Below the pieces are notes generated by a model. That model had not been told where the DNA came from and searched no databases. It saw only the letters and a list, made by a program, of their open reading frames with translations. A stretch of 64,000 bases of DNA from Armatimonadota bacterium (GTDB lineage: Bacteria > Armatimonadota > SYMT01): NCBI GenBank assembly GCA_046292385.1, contig JBKBRF010000002.1, forward strand, positions 107,643-171,642. Direction: 5' to 3'. Both the position numbers and the translations under genes were made by a program. This document shows positions 1 to 9,873 of this stretch, in pieces (the first letter of the stretch is position 1; every line of letters begins with the position of its first letter).

Positions 1-70
1 GGATGCCGAGCCAGGAGCCGATGGCCGGCTCCCCCGCGCGGAGGCGCGCTTTGACGCGGTTCTGGATCAT
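1..70 (-). CDS. HpcH/HpaI aldolase family protein (5' end only, runs off the window)
   Basis: ATG at 70-68 gives MIQNRVKARLRAGEPAIGSWLGI, the typical N-terminus (N..K..L..G....G.W) of HpcH/HpaI/GarL class II aldolases. Not in the ORF track because it is truncated. Confidence 0.7.
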   Translation of the reverse strand, partial: MIQNRVKARLRAGEPAIGSWLGI

Positions 71-242
71 GGGGTTCTCCGAAAAGCCAGGACCTCCGAG
101 GCGAAGGCTCCTACTCCTACTCGTTCTCCCACTCCTACTCAGAGGCCTGCCGAGTTACAGGAGCGCCTACGGCGGAGAGTACGCTTCGAGCAAGAGGAGT
201 CCCCGCACCCGAGGTTCGGCTTCTGCCTTTAGCCTTTAGCCT

Positions 243-701
243 TTAGCTGCCGTCCGCAGCAAGGTTCGCCAGGTAGCCCTCGCCGATCAGCACCGCAGCA
301 TAGTCGTCTACCGGCACCGGCGGCGTGAGGAGCCCGCGGGGGATCAGGCGGCGCCAGCCTCGGGGCGGGTTCTCCTGGAAGTAGCGCTCCCGGGCGCGGC
401 GGGTGGTGTGCTCCTCCGCCATCACCTCCAGCGGCAGGTCGAGCGCCTGGAGGTCGGCGCGAACTTTCCGCGGCGCGGTGCCGCTGCCGACCACCAGCAG
501 CTCCGCGCGGTGCTCCGCGGCCCACTTACGGGCGATGGTGCCGATGACGCCGGCGGGGACCACGCCCCGGGCCAGGATGCCTTTGCGCGCGTCGACGACG
601 GCGATCCCGCACTTGTCGCGGCCGGGATCGATGGCGAGCACACGGGGAAGGTCGGCGGGGGCGAGACGGGGATTACTGAGCGAAAGCTGCCGGGCGGCCA
701 A
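243..701 (-). CDS. YqgF/RuvX-like RNase H-fold nuclease (pre-16S rRNA processing / resolvase-like)
   Basis: Motifs VLAIDPGRDKCGIAVV, EEHTTRRAR and VDDYAAVL. Follows a DUF3084 gene, a known pairing. Start codon uncertain. Confidence 0.8.
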   Translation of the reverse strand: MAARQLSLSNPRLAPADLPRVLAIDPGRDKCGIAVVDARKGILARGVVPAGVIGTIARKWAAEHRAELLVVGSGTAPRKVRADLQALDLPLEVMAEEHTTRRARERYFQENPPRGWRRLIPRGLLTPPVPVDDYAAVLIGEGYLANLAADGS

Positions 702-1959
702 CGGAGCGTACCTCCAGCTCGAAGTGGAGAGGGCCCAACCGGGGGGTGTCCCGCTTGGCGCGGGCGACGACGGTGACCCGGCCTCCGATCGCCTTGACGC
801 GGTCCGCCATGTCCAGCAGGTGATCCCAGCTCGGCTTGCTGATCACCTCGTCGGACGCCGGCATGGAGCGGGGCGGCTCGGTCGCCTTGGCCCGCACGCG
901 CGCCTCCACGATGAGAAGCTGCTGCAGGATATCACCCCGGCTGGCGGCTCCGTCCACTTCTCGCCGCGTAATCTCTTCTCCGCGGAGGAAGACGAGGTCG
1001 TTGGCGTAGAGATGCACCACCGCGGGAATCGGCCGCCCCGCCACGCAGTTCTCCTGCGCCAGCACCAGCACCCGCAGCGGGCGGTCGCGCAGCTCCGGGC
1101 GCTGTGCCTGCTGCAGCAGCCACTGGCGGATCGGCTCCATGGCGGGCGACGAAGCGATGCGGCCGTCGCCGGAGGCGAGCTCCACCACCGGCGGCTGCTC
1201 GCGGAGCTGGGCGCCCTGACGGCTGGCTTCCTCCCGGAACTTCTCCTGCACGTCCGCCACCAGCGCCCCCAGCAGGCCGGCCAGCACCTCCGCGGGCGGA
1301 TTGGCGGGCACCGGCCGGAAGCAGATCTGCTGGTCCCTGCGGAAGATATAGCTCCCCGCCCGGTACTGGTCGCTGATCTCGCGGAGACCGGCGACCTGCG
1401 TTCTCAGCCCCTTCAACTTCCTCGAGAGCTGGTTCTGATGCGCCAGCAGCCGGCGGTTCCCGCGCTCCAGCCCCTCGTTGGCGGCACGGAGGCTGCCGTT
1501 CTCTCCGGAGAGCTGCCGGTTCTGCGCGGTGAGCTTCTGGTTGGCGCCGCTCAGGCGGGAGTTGTCCTTCTCCAGGCGGGAGTTGGCGGACTCCAGGCCG
1601 GCGTTCGCGCTCTGCAGACGCGTGTTTTCCGCCGCCGCCGCCTGGTTTTCCCGGATCAGCGCCGCGTTGTCGTTCCGCCGCCGGGTATTGTCCTTCTCCA
1701 GCTCCCGGTTCTCCGCCTGCAGCGACTCTCCGCGCGTCACCGCTTCCCGGAACCAGGGGACGGTCACCAGCGCCGCCCCGAACGTGACCCCGGCGATCAG
1801 CACGCCGGTGACGATCGTGAGGACGATGGCGGTGTGCTTGGGCCGCAGCCCGAACAGGCTGAGGCGCTTCTTGCCCAACCGGCGGCCGAGGAGGTCGCCG
1901 ATGTAGGCAATGAAGCCGCAGAGCGCCAGGAGCAGAAGGATGAGTAACGCGGTGCCCAT
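673..1959 (-). CDS. DUF3084 domain-containing membrane-anchored coiled-coil protein
   Basis: N-terminal GFIAYIGDLLGRRLGKKRLSLFGLRPKHTA signature, two TM helices and a heptad coiled coil (N..L...N..L). Confidence 0.88.
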   Translation of the reverse strand: MGTALLILLLLALCGFIAYIGDLLGRRLGKKRLSLFGLRPKHTAIVLTIVTGVLIAGVTFGAALVTVPWFREAVTRGESLQAENRELEKDNTRRRNDNAALIRENQAAAAENTRLQSANAGLESANSRLEKDNSRLSGANQKLTAQNRQLSGENGSLRAANEGLERGNRRLLAHQNQLSRKLKGLRTQVAGLREISDQYRAGSYIFRRDQQICFRPVPANPPAEVLAGLLGALVADVQEKFREEASRQGAQLREQPPVVELASGDGRIASSPAMEPIRQWLLQQAQRPELRDRPLRVLVLAQENCVAGRPIPAVVHLYANDLVFLRGEEITRREVDGAASRGDILQQLLIVEARVRAKATEPPRSMPASDEVISKPSWDHLLDMADRVKAIGGRVTVVARAKRDTPRLGPLHFELEVRSVGRPAAFAQ

Positions 1960-2143
1960 GGGAAACCCGGGAACTGCCCGCTGCGAAGGCGAACGGAGTC
2001 TCCCTCTCTCTCATGACGAGCGAACGGCCGCTCGGGTTGCGACCGGTCCGCCGCACGGGCGCGGGGCGAGCGCGGGAGGGGAGATGGAGTAAGTATACTC
2101 CTGCCTACGAGCGGGAGGCGGGGCGGCGTTCCGCTCGTATTCC

Positions 2144-2508
2144 GTATCGCGTATTGCGTAGCGGAGTGCTTACTCCGCTTTACGAAGCATCCTGCCGGGC
2201 GTGGCGCTGGCGGCCGGTGTTGGCAATCGTGGGCCGTACTGCCGCCCGGGAGCAGTCATTCTGACCGCAGGGAAGAATCTCGGCAGCCGTCTCGGCATGG
2301 ATTACGCATGCCGTGACGAGGAGCCGGAAAGCGCTGGCGGCTACTTCTTTCGCGGCCTCACCCCCGGCCCCTCTCCTGAGAGGCGAGGGGAGCTATGGGT
2401 GTAAGGCAGGCTGACTCCCCCTTCCATACCTTCCCGGTCCGGCAGCGCCCCGCCCGGCAGGATTTCCCGACACGAGGGATCAGCCCCTCGCTACGCAATA
2501 CGCAATAC
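2144..2508. repeat. Intergenic element bounded by inverted (CGTATTG)n arms, with an internal CTCACCCCCGGCCCCTCTCC..GAGGGG hairpin
   Basis: GTATCGCGTATTGCGTAGCG (2144-2163) matches the reverse complement of CGCTACGCAATACGCAATAC (2489-2508) at 19 of 20 positions. Confidence 0.6.
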
Positions 2509-2798
2509 TACGGAAGCTCTTCCACGTCCTGGCAGAGCATCGTAATGCCCGGCTTCAGGCGGTAGCTGTTCTGCAGGCGGCGGACGGCGCGGTGGATCCG
2601 CGGCACCTCTTCGTCCGGGAGCGAGATCAGGGCGATGTGGTTGGTGCCGGGGAAGACGGGGCTGTTCATCTTGGGGCCCCGCCCGCCCCGGCCGGGCACG
2701 TCCCGGATCCAGGTGACGCCGGGCACCTCGAGTGCCCGGAGCAGCTCGTCGAGCGACTCTTCGATGCCGCTGTCGTAGATGATGGTGAGCAGCTTCAT
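2508..2798 (-). CDS. P-II/GlnB-like small transporter-associated protein (PG0541-like)
   Basis: 96 aa, MKLLTIIYD...GVTWIRDVPGRGGRGPKMNSPVFPGTN, with a GlnB-like G.G.G pattern. Its ATG overlaps the acrB stop (ATGA). Confidence 0.75.
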   Translation of the reverse strand: MKLLTIIYDSGIEESLDELLRALEVPGVTWIRDVPGRGGRGPKMNSPVFPGTNHIALISLPDEEVPRIHRAVRRLQNSYRLKPGITMLCQDVEELP

Positions 2799-5700
2799 TC
2801 CGCGCCTGCCGGTTCCGGAGCCTCGATCGGAGCGGCGGGGGCCGGCTCCGCCAGCGCCTGCTCCACCAGGGCGCTGCGGCGGCCCTTCTTCAGCAGCCGC
2901 GCCACCCACGCCTGCACGTCGTCGAAGACGCTGTAAATGCAGGGGATGATGATGAGCGAGAGGATCGTCGACATGATGAGGCCGCCGATTACCGCCGTTG
3001 CCAGCGGGGCGCGCGCCTCGTTGCCGCGGCCGACCGCCAGCGCGATCGGCAGCATGCCGAAGATCATGGCCAGCGTCGTCATCAGGATCGGGCGCAGGCG
3101 GGTCTGGCCCGCCTCAACGATCGCCGCGTCTCGCTTGTAGCCGCGCTCCCGCAGCGTGTTGGAGTAGTCGATCAGCAGGATCGCGTTCTTCTGCACGATA
3201 CCGGCAAGCATGATGAAGCCGGTCACCGAGATGATGGAGAGCTGCTGGTCCATATAGACCAGCGCCATCACGGCGCCGATCACCGCCATCGGCAGCGAGA
3301 GCTGGATGGTAAGCGGGTGGATCAGGTTGTCGAACAGCAGCGCCATCAGGAGGTAGACGAGCACGCAGGAGAGCAGCAGCGAGAGGATCAGGTGCGGGTA
3401 CTCCGTGCGGGCGCGGTCGGCGTCACCGCCGGCGGAGACTTTGATGTCGCCCAGCGGCATCTTGCTGATCTCCGCCTCGATGGCGCGGTTGATCTCCAGC
3501 GGGACGATACCGGGCAGCACGTAGGCGCTCACCGTCGCCTTGCGGAGGCGGTTCTTGCGCTCGATCTTATTCGGGCCCTCACCCATGCGGATGTCGGCCA
3601 CCTGGCTCAGCCGGATCGCCTGCGGCCCGTGGTCGGTCATCACTCGCCCGACCACCACCGCGCCGACCTCGTCGATGCGGGAGCGGTCGAACTCGGCGAA
3701 CTGCACGCGGATGTCGAACTGCTCCCCCGCCTCGCGGAACTTGGCGTCGATGTTCCCCTCGTAGGCGCTGCGCAGCGCGGTGCCGATCTGCGTGACGTCG
3801 AGCCCCAGCTCGGAGGCCTTCTCCCGGTCGACCGTCACCTGCGCTTCCGGCTTCCCGGGGCGGAGGGAGAGGTCCGGGTTGATGACGCCCGGCATCGCCG
3901 CCAGGCGGTCGCGGATCTGCTCCGAGACCCCCTTCATCTGGTCCAGGTCGAAGCCGAGGAGCTCCACCTGCACCGGCGCGGAGATGCCGCCGAAGCCGCG
4001 GACCGGCACGATCACCAGCTTTCCGCCCGCGATGCCGCCGATCTTCTCCCGGATCTCCGCGGCGATGTCGGAGTCGGCCCGCTGGCGCCAGTCCATGATC
4101 CGCTTGTGCTCCTCGGTGAACGGGTTGATCGTCTCGAGGAGGTCCGGCTTCTCATAGAGCTGGATGGAGAGCTGCGCGTACTGGCGCCCCGTCTCCGGCG
4201 CGCCGCGCGAGCCGCCCTGGATCCGGCCCACGGTGGTGAAGACCGCGGCGACTTCCGGGGTATCGGCCACCACCTCTTCCACCTGCTTGGTGATGCGGTC
4301 GGTCTCCTCCAGGCTGGCGCCGGCCGGGAGCTCCAGCGTGAGTCCCAGCTTGCTCTGGTCGTAGACCGGGATGTAGCCGATCTTCATGTGCGGCCCGATC
4401 GTCTGCATCGTGAAGACGAAGAAGAGCGCCCCCAGGGCGAAGATCGCCATCCGGCCGGCGGTCTGCCACCATCCCGCCAGGATGAAGGCGGCCAGCGCGG
4501 CGACGCAGATCAGCAGCGTGCCGAACCAGCCCCAGCTGGTGCTGTCCGCCGGCAGCCCGCCGCGGAGCATCCAGAGCACGGTGCCCGCCAGCACCGCCAC
4601 GGCGAACCAGCGGGGGGTGTTGAGCGCCCGCTCCAGGACCCGCCGGTAGCCTCGCTCGACCCAGTTGAACATCCGCTCCAGCAGCAGGAAGCCGCCGGTC
4701 TTGTGCTCCAGGTTCTCGCCGAGCTTGTACCAGCGGGAAGCGAGCCACGGCGTGACGGTGAAGGAGACGAGGAGGGAGAAGAGGGTCGCCACCGCGACGG
4801 TGAGGCCGAACGCCCGCAGGAACTGGCCGATGATGCCGCCCATCCAGAGCATCGGCAGGAAGACGACCACGTCGACCAGCGTGATGATCACCGCCGCGTG
4901 GCCGATCTCACCGCGTCCGTTCAGCGCCGCTTCGGTGGGGGTCTCGCCCTTGTGGAGGTGCCGGTAGATGTTCTCCAGCACCACGATCGAGTCGTCGACC
5001 AGGATGCCGACCACCAGCGAGAGGCCGAGCATCGTCATGCTGTTCAGCGACTGCCCCAGGAAATACATGGGGATGAACGCCGCGATCAGCGAGAGCGGGA
5101 TCGCCACCGCGCAGATCAGGGTGCCGCGCAGGTTGTGGAGGAAGAGGAAGACCACCCCGACCGCCAGGAGCGCGCCGAGGATGAGACTGACGTTGATGTC
5201 TTCCAGCGCGTAGCGGACCCGGAGCGACTCATCCTGCGTCACCTGGAAGCGGATGTTCCCCGGCATCTCCTGCTCGATCCGGGCCAGCTCCTTGTGGATG
5301 TTGTCGACCACCTCCACCGTGTTGGCGTCGGAGAGCTTGGAGATGGTGAGACCGACGGTGTCGGCGCCGACCATCTCTTCACCCGGGTGGTCGCGCATCC
5401 AGACGCGGGTAACGGTTTGCCGCTCCGCTACCCCGTCTTCCACCGTCGCCACGTCGCGCAGCTTCAGCCGCACGGCGCCGGCGCCGCTGGAGACCGGCAG
5501 GTCGAGATCGCGGATCTGGTCGACGCTCTGGAACTCCCCGATCAGGCGCGCGTCGAAGTCACGCGAGCCTTCCGTCACGTGGCCGCTCGGGATGTTCGCG
5601 TTCGCGCGGTAGACGGCGCTGACCACGTCGTTGATCGACATGTTCCACGCCTCGAGCCGCCGCTTGTTCACGGCGATCCGGATCTCCCGCACGTCGCCGC

Positions 5701-6229
5701 CGGTCACCTCCACCTGTCCCACGCCCGGCACCTGCGCCAGGCGGTAGCGGATCTGGGTGTCGGCCAGGAAGCGGAGCTGCTTGCTGCTGCGGTCGCCCTT
5801 CATCCCCAGGTAGAGCACCGGGGAGGCGTTGACGTCGAGGCGGTCGACCACCGGCGGATCGATGTCGCGCGGGAGCTTCCGCCGCACGCCCTCCACCTTC
5901 TGCCGCACTTCCTGCGCCGCCAGCTGGGAGTTGGTCCCGATGTAGAACTCGAGCTGGACGAACGCGATCCCGTACTGGGAGCTGGAGGTGATGTTACGGA
6001 TGCCGTTGACGGAGCTGACCGCGTCCTCGATCGGCTTGGTGATCAGCGTCTCCATCTCCGCCGGACCGGTGCCGGGGTAGGTGGTGGTCACCGTGACGTA
6101 CGGAATGTCGACGCGCGGCCGCTCCTCCACCTGCATCTTGGACCGGGAGAAGAGGCCCAGGATCAGGAGGGTGGCCATCAGCACGATCACGAAGACCGGC
6201 CGCTGGATCGAGAGGCGTGTCAGCCACAT
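2795..6229 (-). CDS. RND efflux permease, AcrB/AcrD/AcrF family
   Basis: N-terminal LSIQRPV; proton-relay motifs LVDDSIVVLEN, QKNAILLID and RLRPILMTT; 1144 aa. Confidence 0.95.
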   Translation of the reverse strand: MWLTRLSIQRPVFVIVLMATLLILGLFSRSKMQVEERPRVDIPYVTVTTTYPGTGPAEMETLITKPIEDAVSSVNGIRNITSSSQYGIAFVQLEFYIGTNSQLAAQEVRQKVEGVRRKLPRDIDPPVVDRLDVNASPVLYLGMKGDRSSKQLRFLADTQIRYRLAQVPGVGQVEVTGGDVREIRIAVNKRRLEAWNMSINDVVSAVYRANANIPSGHVTEGSRDFDARLIGEFQSVDQIRDLDLPVSSGAGAVRLKLRDVATVEDGVAERQTVTRVWMRDHPGEEMVGADTVGLTISKLSDANTVEVVDNIHKELARIEQEMPGNIRFQVTQDESLRVRYALEDINVSLILGALLAVGVVFLFLHNLRGTLICAVAIPLSLIAAFIPMYFLGQSLNSMTMLGLSLVVGILVDDSIVVLENIYRHLHKGETPTEAALNGRGEIGHAAVIITLVDVVVFLPMLWMGGIIGQFLRAFGLTVAVATLFSLLVSFTVTPWLASRWYKLGENLEHKTGGFLLLERMFNWVERGYRRVLERALNTPRWFAVAVLAGTVLWMLRGGLPADSTSWGWFGTLLICVAALAAFILAGWWQTAGRMAIFALGALFFVFTMQTIGPHMKIGYIPVYDQSKLGLTLELPAGASLEETDRITKQVEEVVADTPEVAAVFTTVGRIQGGSRGAPETGRQYAQLSIQLYEKPDLLETINPFTEEHKRIMDWRQRADSDIAAEIREKIGGIAGGKLVIVPVRGFGGISAPVQVELLGFDLDQMKGVSEQIRDRLAAMPGVINPDLSLRPGKPEAQVTVDREKASELGLDVTQIGTALRSAYEGNIDAKFREAGEQFDIRVQFAEFDRSRIDEVGAVVVGRVMTDHGPQAIRLSQVADIRMGEGPNKIERKNRLRKATVSAYVLPGIVPLEINRAIEAEISKMPLGDIKVSAGGDADRARTEYPHLILSLLLSCVLVYLLMALLFDNLIHPLTIQLSLPMAVIGAVMALVYMDQQLSIISVTGFIMLAGIVQKNAILLIDYSNTLRERGYKRDAAIVEAGQTRLRPILMTTLAMIFGMLPIALAVGRGNEARAPLATAVIGGLIMSTILSLIIIPCIYSVFDDVQAWVARLLKKGRRSALVEQALAEPAPAAPIEAPEPAGAE

Positions 6230-6383
6230 AAAACCAGGCTCCCGCAGCCGCCGCGCGGCGCCGTCATGGGGGGAGAAGCTTTGAAGAAGAGAATGGGAGA
6301 GTGGGCGAATGGGAGAGTGGGTGAAGCGCTCCGCGGGAGCCGTCTCCCATTCTCAAGCTCTCCCACTCCCCCACTCAGTCTTT

Positions 6384-8114
6384 TTACTCGCCCGGTAGGG
6401 AGAGCGGCGTGCCTTCGATGATGGCGGGCGAGCCGGAGGCGATCACCTTCTGCCCCTCTTCCAGGCCGGAGAGCACCTCCGCGTGCCGGTCGTCGACCAG
6501 CCCGGTCTTGATCAGCTGGCGGCGTGCCACCCAGCCCTCGCCCTCTTCCACGGGCGCGATCAGCCAGACGAAGCGGTCTCCCGACTCGGTCTGGACCGCC
6601 GCCTTATCGACCAGCAGCGCCGCCTGGTGCCGCCCCACCCGGACGTTCGCCCGGGCGAAGCCGCCCACCGGCAGCTCCTTGCCGCCGCCGAGCACCGCGA
6701 TCCGCACCCGGAAGGAGCGGCTGTCGCGGTCCGCCACCGGGATCACTTCCCGCACCACACCGGAGAATTTCTTGCCGGGCAGGGAGTCGACCGTCACGCT
6801 CGCCGGGGCGTTCGACCGCAGCATCGAGACTTCCAACTCCGGCACCTGCGCCTCTACGTAGACGGTGTCGAGCGCCACCAGGGTCATCAGGTTGCTGCTG
6901 GTGGTGACCATCTCGCCCGCGTGCACCTGCCGCACGGAGACGACGCCGGAGACCGGCGCGCGGATCGTGAGGTCCTCGAGCTGCGTGCGGTAGAGCGCCA
7001 GGTCGGCTTCCGCCTCCGCCAGCGCGGCGCGGGCGCTCCCGATCTCATCCTCGGAGAGCTTGCTCTGCACCAGGCCCGCTTCGGTCGCCTGGACCGCGGC
7101 CTCGGCCTGCCGCAGCGCCGCGCGGGCCGCCTCGACGTTGTCCTTCGCCAGGTCGCGGCGGCGCTCGTCGCTCACCGCAATCTCCAGCGCCCGCTCCGCA
7201 GCGGCGAGCTGGCCCTGGGCGATGCGGACTTCCTCCGGGCGCGAGCCTTCATTCGCGAGCTCGAGCTGCTGCTGGCTCGCGGCGAGGCGCGCTTCCGCAA
7301 CCTTTAGCTCCGCCAGCTCCGCCTTGTGCTGGCGCTCCGCCTCGTCGACCTCTTCCTTCGCGATCGCGTCCTTCTGGAAGAGCGTCTGCCGCCGCTCCAG
7401 GACCTGACCCGCGTTCTGCGCGTCGACCTTCGCCTGCTCCACCAGGGCGCGGGCCTCCACGATTGCCAGCTCCGCCTGCCGCAGCTCCTGCTTGCGGGTG
7501 AGCTCCTTCGCAATCGAGAGCCGCTCCGTGGCGACGCGGACGCCGGACTGGGCGCTCTCCACCTTCTTACGCGTCTCCACGTCGATCAGCTTCGCTTCGG
7601 TCTCGGCCTGCTGCAGCCGGGTCTTTGCGGTATCGAGTGCGGCGAGAGCGCGCTGGTGCTCCGAGCGGGCCGAGGTATCCTTCCAGCTCGCCTGGTTCCG
7701 CGCCAGGGAGAGCTTGGCCCGCGCGGCCGCGATGGCGCCCTGCGCCCCGGCCATCTGCGCCCGCAGCTCCCGCTCGTCGAGCTGTACCAGCACCTGCCCC
7801 TGCTTGACGCGGTCGCCTTCCTTCACGGTGACCCGGACTACCTTCCCGGCGATCCGCGACCCGATCTGCACGTCCTCGTCCGCCTTGAGGCTGCCGGAGA
7901 TCTCCAGCGACTGCTGCATGTCTCCGCGGCTGACCACCACCGGCGTTACCGGGACCGCCTGCGCGCTGCTGCGCGGCTTCTCTTCTCGCGCCGCGGCGTG
8001 GACGGCCTGGCCGCCCTGCGCCGGTCCCTCCGCGCTCCGGGAGGAGCCGAGCAGCAGGAAGCCGGCGGCGGACGCGCCGACGAGCGCGATGAGGACTGAC
8101 CAACGTTTCATCAC
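6384..8114 (-). CDS. RND periplasmic adaptor (membrane fusion protein) with long coiled coil
   Basis: Lipoyl halves IGSRIAGKVVRVTVKEGDRVKQGQVL and TIRAPVSGVV; C-terminal EVLSGLEEGQKVI. Confidence 0.93.
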   Translation of the reverse strand: MMKRWSVLIALVGASAAGFLLLGSSRSAEGPAQGGQAVHAAAREEKPRSSAQAVPVTPVVVSRGDMQQSLEISGSLKADEDVQIGSRIAGKVVRVTVKEGDRVKQGQVLVQLDERELRAQMAGAQGAIAAARAKLSLARNQASWKDTSARSEHQRALAALDTAKTRLQQAETEAKLIDVETRKKVESAQSGVRVATERLSIAKELTRKQELRQAELAIVEARALVEQAKVDAQNAGQVLERRQTLFQKDAIAKEEVDEAERQHKAELAELKVAEARLAASQQQLELANEGSRPEEVRIAQGQLAAAERALEIAVSDERRRDLAKDNVEAARAALRQAEAAVQATEAGLVQSKLSEDEIGSARAALAEAEADLALYRTQLEDLTIRAPVSGVVSVRQVHAGEMVTTSSNLMTLVALDTVYVEAQVPELEVSMLRSNAPASVTVDSLPGKKFSGVVREVIPVADRDSRSFRVRIAVLGGGKELPVGGFARANVRVGRHQAALLVDKAAVQTESGDRFVWLIAPVEEGEGWVARRQLIKTGLVDDRHAEVLSGLEEGQKVIASGSPAIIEGTPLSLPGE

Positions 8115-9601
8115 TGTTCTCCCTGTGAACCCGGGGGAGGCATGGGTGGAGCCGGCACCGCCATGCCGGCGATCAATTCTTCAACGGTCTGGCCGGTGGC
8201 CGCCTCGAGGCGCACGCGGGCGGCTTCGTAATCGAACGTCGCGTTAGCTAGATTCTGCCCCGCCCGCGCCACCGCAACCTGCGCGTCGGTCACCTCGACG
8301 TTCGTGCCGACGCCGGCCTGGTAGCGGACGTTCGCCACGCGCAGCGCCTCGCGGGCGGCGCGCTGCTCCTGGGTGGCGGTCTGGATGCGCCGCTCGGCCT
8401 CGCGCAGGTCGAGCAGGGCGCTCCGCACATCTAACTCTACCTGTTGGCGGGCCAGCTCCAGTTCCTGGCGGGTCTCATCCACCAGTCCCTGTGCCTCTCG
8501 GACCCGATTGCGCGTGAGGCCACTATCAAAGAACGGGAAATCGAGAGTGAGGCCCAGGTTCCACCGGTACGCGGTCGAGGCAAAGCCGCCCGGGTTCGGC
8601 CGGTCGTACCCGGCGGAGAAGTCGATCTGCGGCTTGTTCTCCGCACGGCGGGCCCGCACTTCCTGGCGGAGCCCCTCTACCGTCTCCCGGAGCGCGGCGA
8701 GCTGCGGGCGCTCCTCCAGCGCCGCCTCCCGGGCCTGCTCGAAGGTGATCGGCGGCACCGGCGGCTCCGTCCCCAGCTCCAGCGCGATCGGCGCATCGGC
8801 CGGGCGGCCCAGGGCGGTGTTGAGAGTCGACTCCGCCAGCGCGATCTCGTTCTCCGCGTCGATCACCTCTTGCTCGGCGTTTGCCAACTCCGCCTCGGCC
8901 CGGATCACGTCGAAGCGTGGGGAGACGTCGCTCTCGAAGCGCGCCTGCGCGACCCGCAGCTGCTCCTGCGCCGACTCCCGCCGCTCCTGCGCCACCGCGA
9001 GGAGCTGCTGGCTCCGGAGCACGTTGTAGAAGCTGACCCCGACCACCAGGCGGACGTCGTTTTCGGTCTCTTCCGTGCGGAAGAGCGCGGCGTTCACGTC
9101 CCGCTCCGCCGCCCGCTGACGGGCGCTGCGCCGGCCCCAGTCGAAGACCACCTGGTTCAGGAAGACGCCGAGATCCCAGCGGTAGGCGGGAACGGCGGGG
9201 TTATCGCCCGGCCGGAACGGGGGGACGGTCGGCCCCTGCCGGATGACGAAGTTGGAGGTATTCAACTGCGGCCCCCGCTCGGCGCGCCGCTGCCCCACCC
9301 GGGCGCGCGCCTGGCGCACCTGCGCCGCCGCGCCGCCAATCCGCGGGTTGTGCTCCAGCGCGTAGCGCACCGCCTCATCCAGGGAGAACGTCTCTCCCGG
9401 ACCGGGCGCCTCGCCCGGGGGCGGGGTTGGAGCTGCGGGCGGCGGGGCCGGCGCCGCCGGGTTACCGGCCTGCGCCGCGAAGGCAAGGCCGCTCCCGGAG
9501 AGGGCTCCCGCCGCGAGGAGGCCCGCCAGCACGCCGCGCGCCGTCGAAGCCGTCGCCGGAAAGCTCTGGAAGTGCTTCCGCACCAAGTCTGTCCTTCCCA
9601 A
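8111..9601 (-). CDS. TolC family outer-membrane efflux protein
   Basis: Signal peptide, SLDEAVRYALEHNP, ARFESDVSPRFDVIRAE and RYQAGVGTNVEVTDAQ. First gene of the RND operon; the start may be the GTG at 9583. Confidence 0.92.
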   Translation of the reverse strand: MGRTDLVRKHFQSFPATASTARGVLAGLLAAGALSGSGLAFAAQAGNPAAPAPPPAAPTPPPGEAPGPGETFSLDEAVRYALEHNPRIGGAAAQVRQARARVGQRRAERGPQLNTSNFVIRQGPTVPPFRPGDNPAVPAYRWDLGVFLNQVVFDWGRRSARQRAAERDVNAALFRTEETENDVRLVVGVSFYNVLRSQQLLAVAQERRESAQEQLRVAQARFESDVSPRFDVIRAEAELANAEQEVIDAENEIALAESTLNTALGRPADAPIALELGTEPPVPPITFEQAREAALEERPQLAALRETVEGLRQEVRARRAENKPQIDFSAGYDRPNPGGFASTAYRWNLGLTLDFPFFDSGLTRNRVREAQGLVDETRQELELARQQVELDVRSALLDLREAERRIQTATQEQRAAREALRVANVRYQAGVGTNVEVTDAQVAVARAGQNLANATFDYEAARVRLEAATGQTVEELIAGMAVPAPPMPPPGSQGEQ

Positions 9602-9873
9602 CCGGTACTCCCCATCCGGGAGCCCTGAATTCTACTGCCGCCGCGCCCGGGGATCACCCGGACGCAGGCGGAGGGTTCCGCTCCCCCTGTTAAATCAACA
9701 GTTAACTAGCACCTCCAGCGACCGGCCAACGCTGCCGAAACCCAACGCGATTGGCGGAGCGCCTGACAGTCGGTGGAGAGACCGAGAAAAGCCCGAGTGG
9801 TGCCTGCCCGACGCTCCGGCAGAGGAGCGGGCGCGCGTTGACGGGTCCGGGCAAACCCGGTAAGGTGTGCTCC

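Noticed and set aside
1420..1730. 21-nt periodicity in the DUF3084 gene
   Set aside because: Explained by coiled-coil heptads, not an independent DNA element.
8420..8545. Short A/T-richer patch inside tolC (similar patch at 29640-29990)
   Set aside because: The frame and protein motifs are intact and there are no boundary signals; too short to support a transfer claim by eye.
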